Positions 1-10,435 of a DNA stretch of 20,917 nt are shown here, one piece after another. The stretch spans positions 62,001 through 82,917 of the forward strand of contig JBPGPT010000053.1 of NCBI GenBank assembly GCA_051047955.1, in the 5' to 3' direction. Source of the stretch: Cystobasidiomycetes sp. EMM_F5. Lineage: Eukaryota. Positions within the stretch are counted from its first letter, which is position 1. Every line of letters starts with the position of its first letter. A program made the position numbers and the translations under genes. Below the pieces are notes generated by a model that saw nothing but the letters and a program-made list of their open reading frames with translations, was not told the origin of the DNA and searched no databases.

Positions 1-28
1 CGTTCTATGATAAGCGCTGTCGACTCAC

Positions 29-2401
29 TTGATAATCACGGCATATGCCGGAAGATTGACCCCCCATGCTAAAGTAGCGGTGCATACCAGGATATTAGTG
101 ACGTTACGCTCGAACAGACGTTCACTGAGATTTCTGTCAGATCGCAGCATTCCTGCGTGATGAATACTGCAAAACGGCTTATTGTAAGCTATGTAGTCCT
201 GGTCTGCAGAATCTCGTATTCACCCAATACCAGCGCTGACAAGGTCCTTCAGCTCGCGATTGCGACTCATAGCGATCTCACGCTTAAATGCTTCAAGAGA
301 GGGGTTGTCGCTAACGTCAAAGTACGAAGTTTCGCTCTCCTCAATTGCGCGTTCCCTCAGCATCTGAGCAGTCTTGACGGTATCCTTTCTCGCATGCACA
401 AATATCAAGACTTGGTGGCCTTCTTTGATGAGATCCAGCGTCTTATCAAATGTTGCTATGTCTAGATTGTCTCGGCTCTGCTGCGACCCCGGCTTTCCTT
501 TGGATGCTATAAAATGTTGCTCCAAAGGTACGGGCCGGAAGGAGCTGTCGAAGAAGAATAGCCCAACGTATGGATTCACTCGCAAGAAATCGGCAACGTC
601 GACAAAATTTGGCAGGGTGGCAGATAAGCCAACAATACGAATGAGAGACTGGGAAGACTCGACCTGTCGGAGTGTTCGAGCAATTATACTTTCCAAGACA
701 GCACCCCGATCTTCTGCCAGCAGATGCACCTCGTCCACTATCAGCAACTTCAACAGCTAAACGCAAATTTAGCATGATGGGAGGCAAGCTAGACCTAGTG
801 ATAGGGCCACATACAGATGCTAGTTCACCCTCGCCAGTTGTCTTCCTTGTAACAACATCCCACTTTTCAGGTGTGGTGACAATCATCTGGGTTTCGGAGA
901 TTTCCTTACGAGTGAGCTGCATATCACCCGTCAATTCGCGTACAGCAAGACCACACCAGGAGAACCTTTTTGACATTTTGACGACAATCTCGCTGGCGAG
1001 CGCCTTCATCGGCGCAACATAGACAACTTTGAAATTCTTGTTTCGCATTTTGCCGCTTTTTAGGTCGATATCGGCATACATACTCAAAGCTCGTAGTACC
1101 GTCAGGACCGCAACGTCTGTTTTGCCTGCACCTGTCGGAGCGCAGACCAGCATATTTTCGGAAGTCTCGTAGGCTGTTGGATAGACAATGGATTGCAGCC
1201 TGTTTAGTGTGTCATACGGCAGACTCTGTCGGACAAGAGGAGGTAGCTGTTTTGTCGCAAGTAAGGTAGCAGTATACGATGAAGGATGTTTCGCAAGTGT
1301 GGGAATAGTCACTTCGGAGTAATGCTAGAGTATAACCCAAGTCAGCCCGTGAACGGCTGCACGACGCAATTTTGCCAACTTCATGCTCGACCCTTGTGCT
1401 GCCGAGTGGAAGTAGCGCCTTTCCACCAGACATTGCCGAACCTGCCATTGCTGATTTTGTCGCGTATACGTGAGGGTACCTGACCTCATCGCCGACAATC
1501 GCACGGTTATTCGGGTTGACTAGAGGTCTATTGGCTGCTTCTTCCAAGTTTCTCAGGTGCATTTGTTCCAATTCATCGATACTCATACCAGGCCTCATGC
1601 CTGCCGGACATGCTATATTAGCTGAAGCAGACCGTTTCGCGCTGCTGATGCCCCCATACCATTAGTGGCATCTCTATGCTGGCGATTCCCCTTCCCACGC
1701 TGCTTTCCTAACCGTCGAGGCGTTTGTAACGAAGCATACGCTCCTTCAGCATCGCTGTCCACGGGCGCGTTCACGCCAGAACCACCGTCTTTACCGTTTT
1801 CTGCAATGTGCTCAACAGCCTGGTACGCGGTCGACGTATGTTTAGCTTCAATCCTTCGCCCTGCCAGGTGCTTGAGGAAGGCAAAAACTGACCCTGTTGG
1901 TATGCTGAACTTCATACTCATGTCTTATTCGCTCGCGTTTCGAAAGCAGGTCGGGGATAGAGTCTACGGCGTCGAAACCGAGAATGTCGAGGATATCGGA
2001 CGATATTTCATCGTCGGAACGGGTTGAAGCGGCCAATAACGTTGTCAAACGGTCGTAATTTTCAGTCGTTTGCGAGAGCCTGTATTTTGTGTTAGATCGC
2101 AATATATGAGACTTAATAACTGCACATACGCCTTCAGCCAGCTGAGAGCGTCCGAGTCATCAGAAGCCTTGCTGCGGCCATTCGTAAGATTAGCAGATTT
2201 AGGATGTTTCCGTTTAGCGTTCTGGACAAGCTGTGACAGTTCTTGGGCTACATCGTCGTCTGTGAGTGTCCGTACAGCAGTCTTGCCTGCGAGTAGCTGT
2301 TGGACTTCTGCCAGCGCATTGTCGTCATTTACGGCACTGGATGTGCTGGCCAGGATAGACTGCAGGTGAGCGAGGAATGGAGACTGCGATGGATTAGCCA
2401 T
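29..2401 (-). CDS. SLH1: Ski2-like DExH helicase Slh1/Rqt2/ASCC3, 5' part (continues beyond window start). Exons 2401-2130, 2079-1893, 1819-1660, 1600-1380, 1324-815, 756-224, 166-29
   Basis: Motifs CAPTGAGKT (I), VYVAPMKAL (Ia), [21 protein letters not shown] (II), GLSATLPN (III), [18 protein letters not shown] (V). [15 protein letters not shown] and [16 protein letters not shown] fit Slh1/ASCC3 better than Brr2. All introns are GT-AG, 50-73 nt and frame-consistent. Confidence 0.92.
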
Positions 2402-2620
2402 ATTTTGTGGAAGAGAATAGCCATCAAAAGTGCCAGTACGTTGTTGGTTTGAGGACAAGAAGAGCCAATGCTCGTTCAGAAACATATCTGATTCCAAAGT
2501 CCACCGGCTTGACCAGAGTCCAACTATGTCGGAATGACCAGAAACATGCTGTGCTGCGATATGAACGGACGACGGTGAATAAGACAAGACTGCGTCTGGG
2601 AAAGACCACTGCAGCCCGTC
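2402..2620. promoter_or_regulatory. Short divergent promoter region shared by SLH1 and BET1
   Basis: Head-to-head start codons about 220 bp apart; positional inference only. Confidence 0.55.
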
Positions 2621-3413
2621 ATGTCGAGGTTGGTTGTGGTTTGGCGGATTCCACGTCAATGGTGAAGTATGCTGAATATCCGAAACATGACTATAACGCT
2701 CCCAACGACAACAGACGAAGCTATCTAACTCCAGCAGGCCCGCCAGGCGAATCAACCCTGTCCAAGCGGAATGCACTGCTTGGAACACAAAACACATATG
2801 GTAACGGCATGTCGACCGGTACCGGATACGACAACAGCGTATCCTCTCCCTACGACATCAGTGCAGGCGGAAATTATGCGAACGCGTATGCCTCGCGCAC
2901 CCCGTCACCCTTCGTGAGACCCCCGTCGAGCAACAGCTATGCCAGCCAGAGGCAAGCCGAGGACTTGGAAGGGCAGAACGAGGAAGAGCTGGAAGGGTTG
3001 GGTGCAAAAGTCAAGCTACTCAAGGATGTACGGGCAGTTGATCAGCTCTGCAACCCAATCAGCCGACTGACCCAGCGCGACAGATTACAATAAGCATTGG
3101 AAATGAAGTTCGAGATCAGACAAAACTGCTTGGGGGCATGGTGAGCTTGCATTTCAAGTATCATGTTGGTGCTCAATGTATTGACATGATTGTCCTCAGA
3201 ATGACACCTTTGAAACGACTTCAGGCTTCTTGAGCGGTACATTTCGAAGAATGAACAAGATGGCAGCCCGGCAAGGCAGTCGATGGTGGTACTGTCCGTC
3301 TACTCGCAGTCTTCTTCTGAATGTTATTGCTGATCCTGACATCGCTGGCAGGGCTGTTGTTTCTTGTTTTGGTATTCTGGATTTTCGCATTCAGATGGTT
3401 GCATATTATCTAA
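2621..3413 (+). CDS. BET1: BET1-like Qc-SNARE (ER-Golgi), ~177 aa. Exons 2621-2628, 2715-3027, 3084-3140, 3200-3293, 3352-3413
   Basis: Spliced product contains LEGQNEEELEGLGAKVKLLKDITISIGNEVRDQTKLLGGMNDTFETTSGFLSGTFRRMNKMA (SNARE heptads) and C-terminal anchor WWYWLLFLVLVFWIFAF. The first exon is tentative; an in-frame ATG near 2659 is an alternative start. Confidence 0.85.
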
Positions 3414-3618
3414 CGGTGACATGCATGGCAATGTAGTATCATTGGGCAGTTGTCTGTGTAAATCATATTTGTAGCGATTATGCAGTCAACAGGACGTTCC
3501 GGAATCGATGAATATTATGAAAAAGTCGCCTTGTGATATAGAAGATAACTTTCACGCTTCTATCGGAGCGCTCTTGTACAACAACAATACGACTGTCGCA
3601 GTTTAAGTTCAGCTCGGC

Positions 3619-5505
3619 TTATGAAACAGCATAGACATCCAACGTCTTGATGTCGTGAACCATCTTCTGGCGAAGGTACGGCATATTGCGCTGATGAAAG
3701 TCAAATCTCCCATCTTTGCGTGAGAGGCACTCTATAAATTGCGAAGTAAAGACTCCACAGTCGAAGCCATTCTCCTGTTGCGGCGTCTTTGGGTCGAAAT
3801 AGTCTTCCCAGTCCGAGAGGTCGATAGCAGTCTTCTTCTTGTCGAGATGCTCGGCCATCACGTACTCGCGCAACGTGTTGCACACTGTCGGACTGGACCG
3901 GCCCATGGAATCGTAAAATTCAAAACGCTTCTTAGCGACGTTGATGGCGGCACAGACCCAGTGTAGCTGCCCAAGGTTGACGGGCATAATGATGATGTCT
4001 TTCTTGAAAAGGTCAAACTGAGATGATGACACGTCAGAAGATGCCGGTGTTGTGTTGTAATATGCGGATTTCTACCTTTTTTGACCACCTTCGCACCGCA
4101 GAATAGCCTTGGGTCGACATTTTCTCAAAGAAGAACGAACTATAAAAATGTATATCAAGCAGATTGTTATCGGCCTCTGTCGCTTTGCCCTTATCACGGC
4201 GTTCCTTTGCCTTTTGACTTCTCGCCAGTACGAGGTTGCCATAGAAATTGATGACTTCGTCATTTAGCCACTGTGTAGGCAGTAGTCGCGCCAGATCTCT
4301 TGAAGTCACTTCGGCGCCTGGCAGAGTGGAAATGATTCCCGATTGCTTCAGGGTCGATGTAACGATTTCTTGCATTTCGAGAGTCAGTCGATCAGGCCAC
4401 TATCATCGTTACAAGATGACAAAATCAGCTGCAGTCTTGAGATAGGTAAAAGAGCATAGCTCGCCTTTCGCTTCGGCCTCAACAGTTCTTCCAGACGTTC
4501 AGACTTTTGTTCCTCCTTTATCCGTAGACGCTCGAAGCTGAGAGCGGGGGGAGCTTTCGGGCGCGGCGTCGCTGCCGCAGCTTGTGCGTTGGACAATACT
4601 TGCTCAAACGTGCTTTCATGCGTGCGAAAGGGTTTCGGCTGTGGATTACAAGTAGTTAACTTAATATTACAGTGTGTACCCAAACGACGGTCCTCACGGT
4701 AGACTTCTGCTTGAATATGTTGATGCCGCGAAGTAGCCGTTGCCTCGTGTCATTATGGAGCGTCTTGTAGGCTTCATCTACCATTGGGTTGTACGAGAGC
4801 ATACTCTTGTCGCCTGTGAACCGGCTTTAGTACTTTTACTGGGCTGAAGAGAGTGCCATCCGTACGCAGAGCTGGGGGTTCCTGGGCGTAGAATGCGTCG
4901 ACACTGGGCCTCCCTCTGACAGACTTGCTCTGCCGCGTGGGCGTATCGTACGCTTCATACTCCATCGGGGGTGTAATTACAGCCAGGCTGCTCGACGATG
5001 CCGGCGACAGAAGACTGGCCCCGGAGCTCCCGCTGCTTGTCGATGTTCCGGTATGTAACGGCACTCGTACGTGCGTGCTCTTGACAGCCTGAAACCGCAT
5101 CTCCCTGCTCGCTTTCGCCTTTGCCGTCGCCTGATTTTTCGAGGATATCAGCCCATCGCAGCACCTCGACTGCAATATCGCCCTCACTTCTGCCTTGTAC
5201 ATGGGCGTTCTCCTGACTGATCCTTGGACAAAAGTGCCGCCATTCGTACTGATATCCCCCGCTGCCATTGCTGGAATGGCTGGCTCCTCGTCGACGTCGA
5301 TAATATCGTGTCGCCCTCTCCTGCTCCCCCTGCCCTTGCTCGGAGTCGCCAGCCCCCATCTGCGCAGTATCGACGTCAAGACGGACACGGGCTCATCGTC
5401 CGACGACGACGAGGCAGAGGTCCGCTGTCGTTTGGCGGCGGGCTGCTGAAACGACATTGATCTATCGTCGCCAGCTCGTTTGGACGTCAAAGGCGCTGGC
5501 AGCAT
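3619..5505 (-). CDS. ULP1: Ulp1-family SUMO protease (peptidase C48), ~531 aa. Exons 5505-5188, 5130-4866, 4813-4698, 4638-4465, 4399-4076, 4017-3619
   Basis: WLNDEVINFY, SSFF, VRRW, catalytic His (LHW), Asp (FYDS) and Cys (PQQENGFDCGVF). Long Ser/Arg-rich N-terminus with NLS-like PAAKRQR. The model needs one GC-AG intron (4464-4400). Confidence 0.9.
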
Positions 5506-6465
5506 ATTGTCGTGACGAGCTCGGAGCAGTCGCAGCGTCGACGAGGTTGGTGTCGCACAAGGCCTTACGACGGGTGTTGAGCTGCAGTCAAGCCAGCCAT
5601 TACGCGAGCTCAAAGGTGGAATGAATCAAGAACTGATATCACGCTGCCTGGCCTGACATACTGACACCTTGTTGATGAATTGACGCGAACGCGCTCTCAT
5701 CTCACACGGAAACGCTGAGAATCTCGGGCGAAAAGGCCAATGTGCTGTGCTTACCGGCCCCCACCCTTTGATGGACATCTAGACACGCTCGTAGTATGTC
5801 CGAACATTCGTGCATATTTTCGGGGAACCTCTTAGCAAGCGCCTCTTGGCAGTAGACTCGCACAGAAATCAAAGCAACAATCCGCAGCCCGACACCCAGC
5901 CCAAACACACAGATACTAACAGTCATTGAACGAGAGCAAGGGGCACATTCGCCGAAATTCTTGCATTGCCTGACATTGTCTGTGTACACATTGCCCTGCC
6001 AATGAAGTATCGCGCCATCAAGTGAATGCAGTATTCTGTCGTGATGACTATATCAAGTCATGCAGTGGGGGCGCATGTGCTGTGGGCAGATTGTCCAGCA
6101 GGATGCCATGTCCGGACGAAGTGCTAAAGCTATTCCATAGCCTGGAAATAGAGTAGTCCTGGGTCAAGTAACGCCGGTACTCAAGAAGAAATAGTGGAGA
6201 CTCTTTCAAGCATCACTTTCGTGCTGTGCGACACTGATTTGGGACAGGCGGGAGACTGCCGGTGTGAGTGACAGTGGAGGGACCGCCTCTACGGGCCTGC
6301 AAGCTCACCGCCCTTTAGATTTGCTCCACTGGTGTTGCCTGGAGGCCTACTCGTCATTGAAGTTCTGACCGTACTTACTCCGACAGCATCGTACTCAAGC
6401 AAGATTTCGCAGCTCCGATTGTACACTCGCTGGCCAGCCTCAGTCACTTGGACGCAAAGCACAAC

Positions 6466-7277
6466 ATGCCTCTAGCAAGATTCCTTCGTCTCGGTACGCG
6501 CAACGCTAGGTCTATACACACTTGCGATGTCACTGTATTGCGAATCTTGTGGCGACATAGACTCACCAAGAGATGGTTATTGGAGCTCTCCGTGTCGCTA
6601 CCCCAGGGCGGACGCGTCCAGACCAAGAAATACTTCACTGGTACTGAAATCAGACATACCTTCGGCGAGATCCCTTGTGGACGTCATAGCATGCGTCGCC
6701 TCTCAGTGGAATTGGACAACAAGAGCGGTGAGATCATACATATTGGACCACAAGAGGTGAGATGGCGGCATCCATCTAGATGAGCCGGATATGTTAGCTG
6801 ATCATCCAGCATCGCACACAGCAAGAGATGGCGTCAGATGCTACCGTTGTCCAATCTGCGGCACCTGTGCCGGCACAGAATCGCACTACACAGAAGCAGA
6901 AGACAGGTTCGTCTGCCAATCTTACGAAACCGTTCTCCCCAGGTCTCCCCCGGGATATCCGAACGCTGGAGGCTATGATGCAGCCAGGACCGTCTACCGG
7001 ATCGAATCAAGTTTATCGTCCACAGCATCCTCGATCTGTTCCACTTGTGAGGCCGAGAGATCCCTCAGCCGCAAGAAGCACCCGAAATGCAGATCCAAGA
7101 GCGCAAGAAACGTTGCCACAAGCTGTGAGACAGCCAAAGCCGCCTGCTGGACTGGTGCCAACGAACAGAGTGAAAAAGGTCACCACACCACTATATCTAC
7201 GTCCAGCACCAGAAGCGGTTGACCCTGCTGAAACAAGGGCGATCCATAATCAGTTTGCAGCTTGGAGCGGTTTTTAG
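6466..7277 (+). CDS. Orphan family member A, ~248 aa. Exons 6466-6756, 6822-7277
   Basis: Intron gag|GTGAGA...GCTGAT...acacAG| (65 nt, phase 0) joins ORFs 6448-6783 and 6828-7277 in frame. Exon 1 aligns by eye with exon 1 of members C and D; exon 2 is P/R/Q-rich. Confidence 0.7.
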
Positions 7278-7775
7278 AAACAGCTAAGCGTCGCCCATTC
7301 CTCGAGTGTTCCTGCCCTTGTTTACCGTGTTGAAAGAAAGCAGCGTCTGCCGACATGATAATGCGTTGGTGTACTCTTGTTACGCAATCGTATCGTACTG
7401 TCAATCAAAGTTCTCTCCATCTTCTAGACATTCATCTAATCTCAGCCGTTTTATGCTCCAGCACGAAAGAACACCGTCACTATCAGCGGCTTCATGAGAC
7501 AAGGACCACGCAGCACCCCTTTTACATCACGGGCGCTTCGAGCCGCTCACGAGGAGGTAAACAGTCACACCAGACAGGACCTAGCCACCGGCGATGCTAT
7601 CTGGTCAGGTGTACCACTTGGCGGGCGTCGTCCGATGACATTGTCACTATCGTGGCTGTTTATAAGGTCTTACATCACAGCCATGCTGGGCGGCACCCTC
7701 CTCTCTGATTTGCATCTCTCCACTGTTCCAAAATTAATCCTCAAGCCCCTACCCTCTCCACGCCAAAACGTATCA

Positions 7776-8356
7776 ATGTCTTCCACACGTGAGCGTACAT
7801 TAATAGCCCAAATCGCTCCTAGCTAGCATCAAGGTCGTAAGCATCGACAAACGAGACCCTGCTGGCGACAGAGTACCCATGGCTGCATTCCTTCTGCTTC
7901 GTTTGAAAAGCTAAACGTCGAGGTCCGAATGTTGGGTAAACGCATCACCTACATTGTTTCCGAGGCGGGTACTGTACTTCCGCTCCATAGAAGTGTGCAA
8001 CAGCAGCTGATTACGTAGCATGCTTGTGTGCACAATATCAGCCCGTAAGAAATCTTCAAACACGCTTCTACCCGAATCAACAGCAAGTCAAGCCTACGAA
8101 CATTACGTATCGGGGCGTTACAACTGTTAATCAGAGTGCGTACTTTGGACTAGCGCATTCGAGTGAGTATGGTTCACCTTCCCATGCATCTGCCTCAGGC
8201 ACGTCAAAGTCTCGCTCGACATCATCATCATCCTCACAATCTTCTTCGTACATGTCGGGATCATCAACAAACTCGACTGTGCAGAAGAAGGTTTGGGGTA
8301 CCACAGAAGAGCGAAACAATATTGCGCAGCAATTTGGTGACTTCAAGTGGACGTAA
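7776..8356 (+). CDS. Orphan family member B, truncated or highly divergent (possible pseudogene); 5' structure unresolved
   Basis: Frame at ~7872-7967 reads STHGCIPSASFEKLNVEVRMLGKRITYIVSEA, resembling the end of A exon 1 (FGEIPCGRHSMRRLSVELDNKSGEIIHIGPQE). An intron (7969-8018 GT-AG or 7965-8041 GC-AG) joins it in frame to ORF 8024-8356. The end KKV..EERNNIAQQFGDF resembles A's KKV..ETRAIHNQFAAW. Confidence 0.45.
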
Positions 8357-8630
8357 GACAGTCGAAGGGCATGTGCATTCTACCGCTGCTTTGCGTACAT
8401 TCAATTTAAACTGACTCATCCCGCTCCCGCTTGTGCGATGTTCACGATATACTTGCGTCACGTACTGCCCATGGATTCCACATATAGCTGAGATCGCTCT
8501 TCTCGTGATGTCAGATGTAAAGACTCGGAGCTGAGATCACATATCAATCGTACGTCTGCACCCGTCGACCATATCAAGTGCCCCTGGCTTTAGTGACCAC
8601 AGCGGCCGATAGCCTGAGAATTTGTTAAAG

Positions 8631-8659
8631 CTGTACAAGCGGCGATGCCGCCGGGCATC
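8631..8659 (+). promoter_or_regulatory. Conserved upstream motif of orphan C (paralogous to 10241-10268)
   Basis: ctgtacaagcggcgatgccgccgggcatc vs ctgta-aagtggctatgaccccgggcatc, 24/29 identical, 153 and 195 bp upstream of the ATGs. Confidence 0.55.
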
Positions 8660-8783
8660 ACGCCTGCCTAGAATTGGGACTGACTCCGCTCACTGTCACC
8701 TTTTCGACTACTAGTACTCACTGCATTCGCTCTTCGACTGCACGCTTGCGCACACACGCTTACATTCGTCTATCTCCCCAGAA

Positions 8784-9729
8784 ATGGACTTCAGCTCGCT
8801 GAGCATGTCCAGTCGCGGTGACCGCAGGACAATCAGCTACGCGCGCAGCATAGAACTGCTTCGCATGACTAAGCGCAGGAGGCTCGTTGGCGGATACTAC
8901 CTTGGCTTCAAGGTCCAGTTGGCAAACGGATCATCAACCCAGGTCGACCAAGGAATGAAAGAAGAGGAGCTACTGGCTATCTTCGGGTCCGAGACTATCC
9001 CGTACGTACATGCGACACAAAGCAATGTGCGTGTTCAGCTGGACCGCCATGGCGTGGTCAAGCGCCTTTTGCCCCCAGCAGTAGGTTCAACGTGTGGGCC
9101 TACTAGTTCTTGAAATGACAGTAACCACACGTACAGGCTAGAACCCCATCACCTCCAGCACCAGCTGTGCCATCGCAGCCCGGAATGGGTAAATCGCCCT
9201 TTACCAGACCTTCAGCGTACAAATCAAATCCTGGCGATCCGACTCGAAACACTGTGGAAGGCGCCTCAGGAACACCAGGACCTCAGCATCATCGCGCTTC
9301 ACCATCTGCAGTGGTGGCCTCGTCGCAGCTTCAAGCAATGCTAACTGACAATCGCAGCACGGCTGGACGTGATTTCTCCTATCCAAACCGTACAAAGCCG
9401 CCGACTGGGGAACCCCGCATGTCATCCAAGCCGGTGGGGGGCATATTCAGTTCTGAAGGCCGATGAGGTTGAAGCTGAAACCGCGAATTCGACATGCAGA
9501 GCTCCAAGAATTCGCAGACTTCCCTGAACAAAACTTTCCAGGCAGGTCAGTCACACGAGCAAATTAATCGTCCGCACCAACAAGTACGAGCACTATGACT
9601 GAGCACGATCTGACATCTCGTGTGCCAGGCGAACCTCCAAAAAAGCTGGGCAACCAGATGGCGGAACTAGTGCCACCGGGGCAACGCTTCTACCAGGTGT
9701 TTCCACCGTCCAATGTACACCACCAATGA
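8784..9729 (+). CDS. Orphan family member C, ~246 aa. Exons 8784-9080, 9137-9433, 9500-9545, 9629-9729
   Basis: Three frame-consistent GT-AG introns (56, 66, 83 nt). Clear paralogy with D: RRL...YY.G..V.L..G..TQ.DQ.M...EL.A.FG.E...NV.V.L.R.G.VKR, FSYP.RT.P, SS..SQTSLN..FQ and QR(F/Y)Y...PP. Confidence 0.75.
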
Positions 9730-9924
9730 ACGCTCAAGGGACGAGAAGCCAATGTAGGAAGACATCGCAACCCCGGATTTGCAGCGGGGCATTGCGTTTG
9801 GGTCCAATTTCCGAGACAGAGCATCTGGCTGGCCAGTTGCTGTTCCTTTAGCAAGTTTTGTCCTCTGTGTTTTCATCGCTAGCTTCAAGCGTTCTCCGCT
9901 TCTTTTCGTTGCCTGCCTTGTCGT

Positions 9925-9967
9925 GGTCGGATATAGCATTATATATAGCATTATGCTATATCCGACC
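9925..9967. repeat. Perfect 15-bp inverted repeat with an overlapping 12-bp tandem duplication
   Basis: ggtcggatatagcat (9925-9939) / atgctatatccgacc (9953-9967), 13-nt loop; atatagcattat occurs twice (9931-9954). Confidence 0.9.
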
Positions 9968-10240
9968 TTGAACACAGACCAACTTGAGCTCCAAAGCTCC
10001 CAACTGCGACCAGGACATTGAATAATTGCTGCGACGCCCAAGGGTAACGACACCTTGGATTCGGTGGACCATGGCATGCGATCCTCACGAGCTCCAGCAA
10101 CGGGCTTGAACTTTCTCTTAGCTGACGCCTTTGTGCTGCGACACATGCAACAAGTTCCAGCGCGCTGACAAAAGCGCAATTCGGTGACCAGTACACCAGA
10201 AAGGACTAACTAAGGCTGCCGTGTTCCGGGAAACAATGCT

Positions 10241-10268
10241 CTGTAAAGTGGCTATGACCCCGGGCATC
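10241..10268 (+). promoter_or_regulatory. Conserved upstream motif of orphan D (paralogous to 8631-8659)
   Basis: 24/29 identity with the C-upstream copy; shared core ccgggcatc. Confidence 0.55.
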
Positions 10269-10435
10269 GCCCTTGTCTCGCTCGACCTACAAGCGACTTC
10301 GTTCGGATTTCGCGTTTCGACTGCCTTCTACTAACACTCCCACAACGCAAATTCCGACTACCATCTTCCACAAGCACAAAACACGCGAGTCCTCGTCGAA
10401 ACGTTACAAGCATTGCCTTCGAACGTTTAGGCAAG

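Noticed and set aside
2045..2797. Long upstream extensions of the SLH1 and BET1 ORFs overlapping each other
   Set aside because: The extensions look like random translation; plausible starts are at 2401 and 2621.
5702..5989. 95-aa minus-strand ORF upstream of ULP1
   Set aside because: Non-ATG start, no motif and no splice partner; likely promoter DNA.
6041..6240. GTGATGA box C-like motif (C/D snoRNA?)
   Set aside because: The nearest CTGA is about 190 nt away, with no terminal stem or recognisable rRNA guide.
7306..7497. Hydrophobic ORF after gene A with C-x5-Y like the C/D downstream block
   Set aside because: No nucleotide similarity and no ATG start; T-rich 3' UTRs give such translations by chance.
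9667..10179. 170-aa antisense ORF (and antisense similarity to 11536-11829)
   Set aside because: The C/D substitution pattern is synonymous on the plus strand, not the minus strand, and no motif is present.
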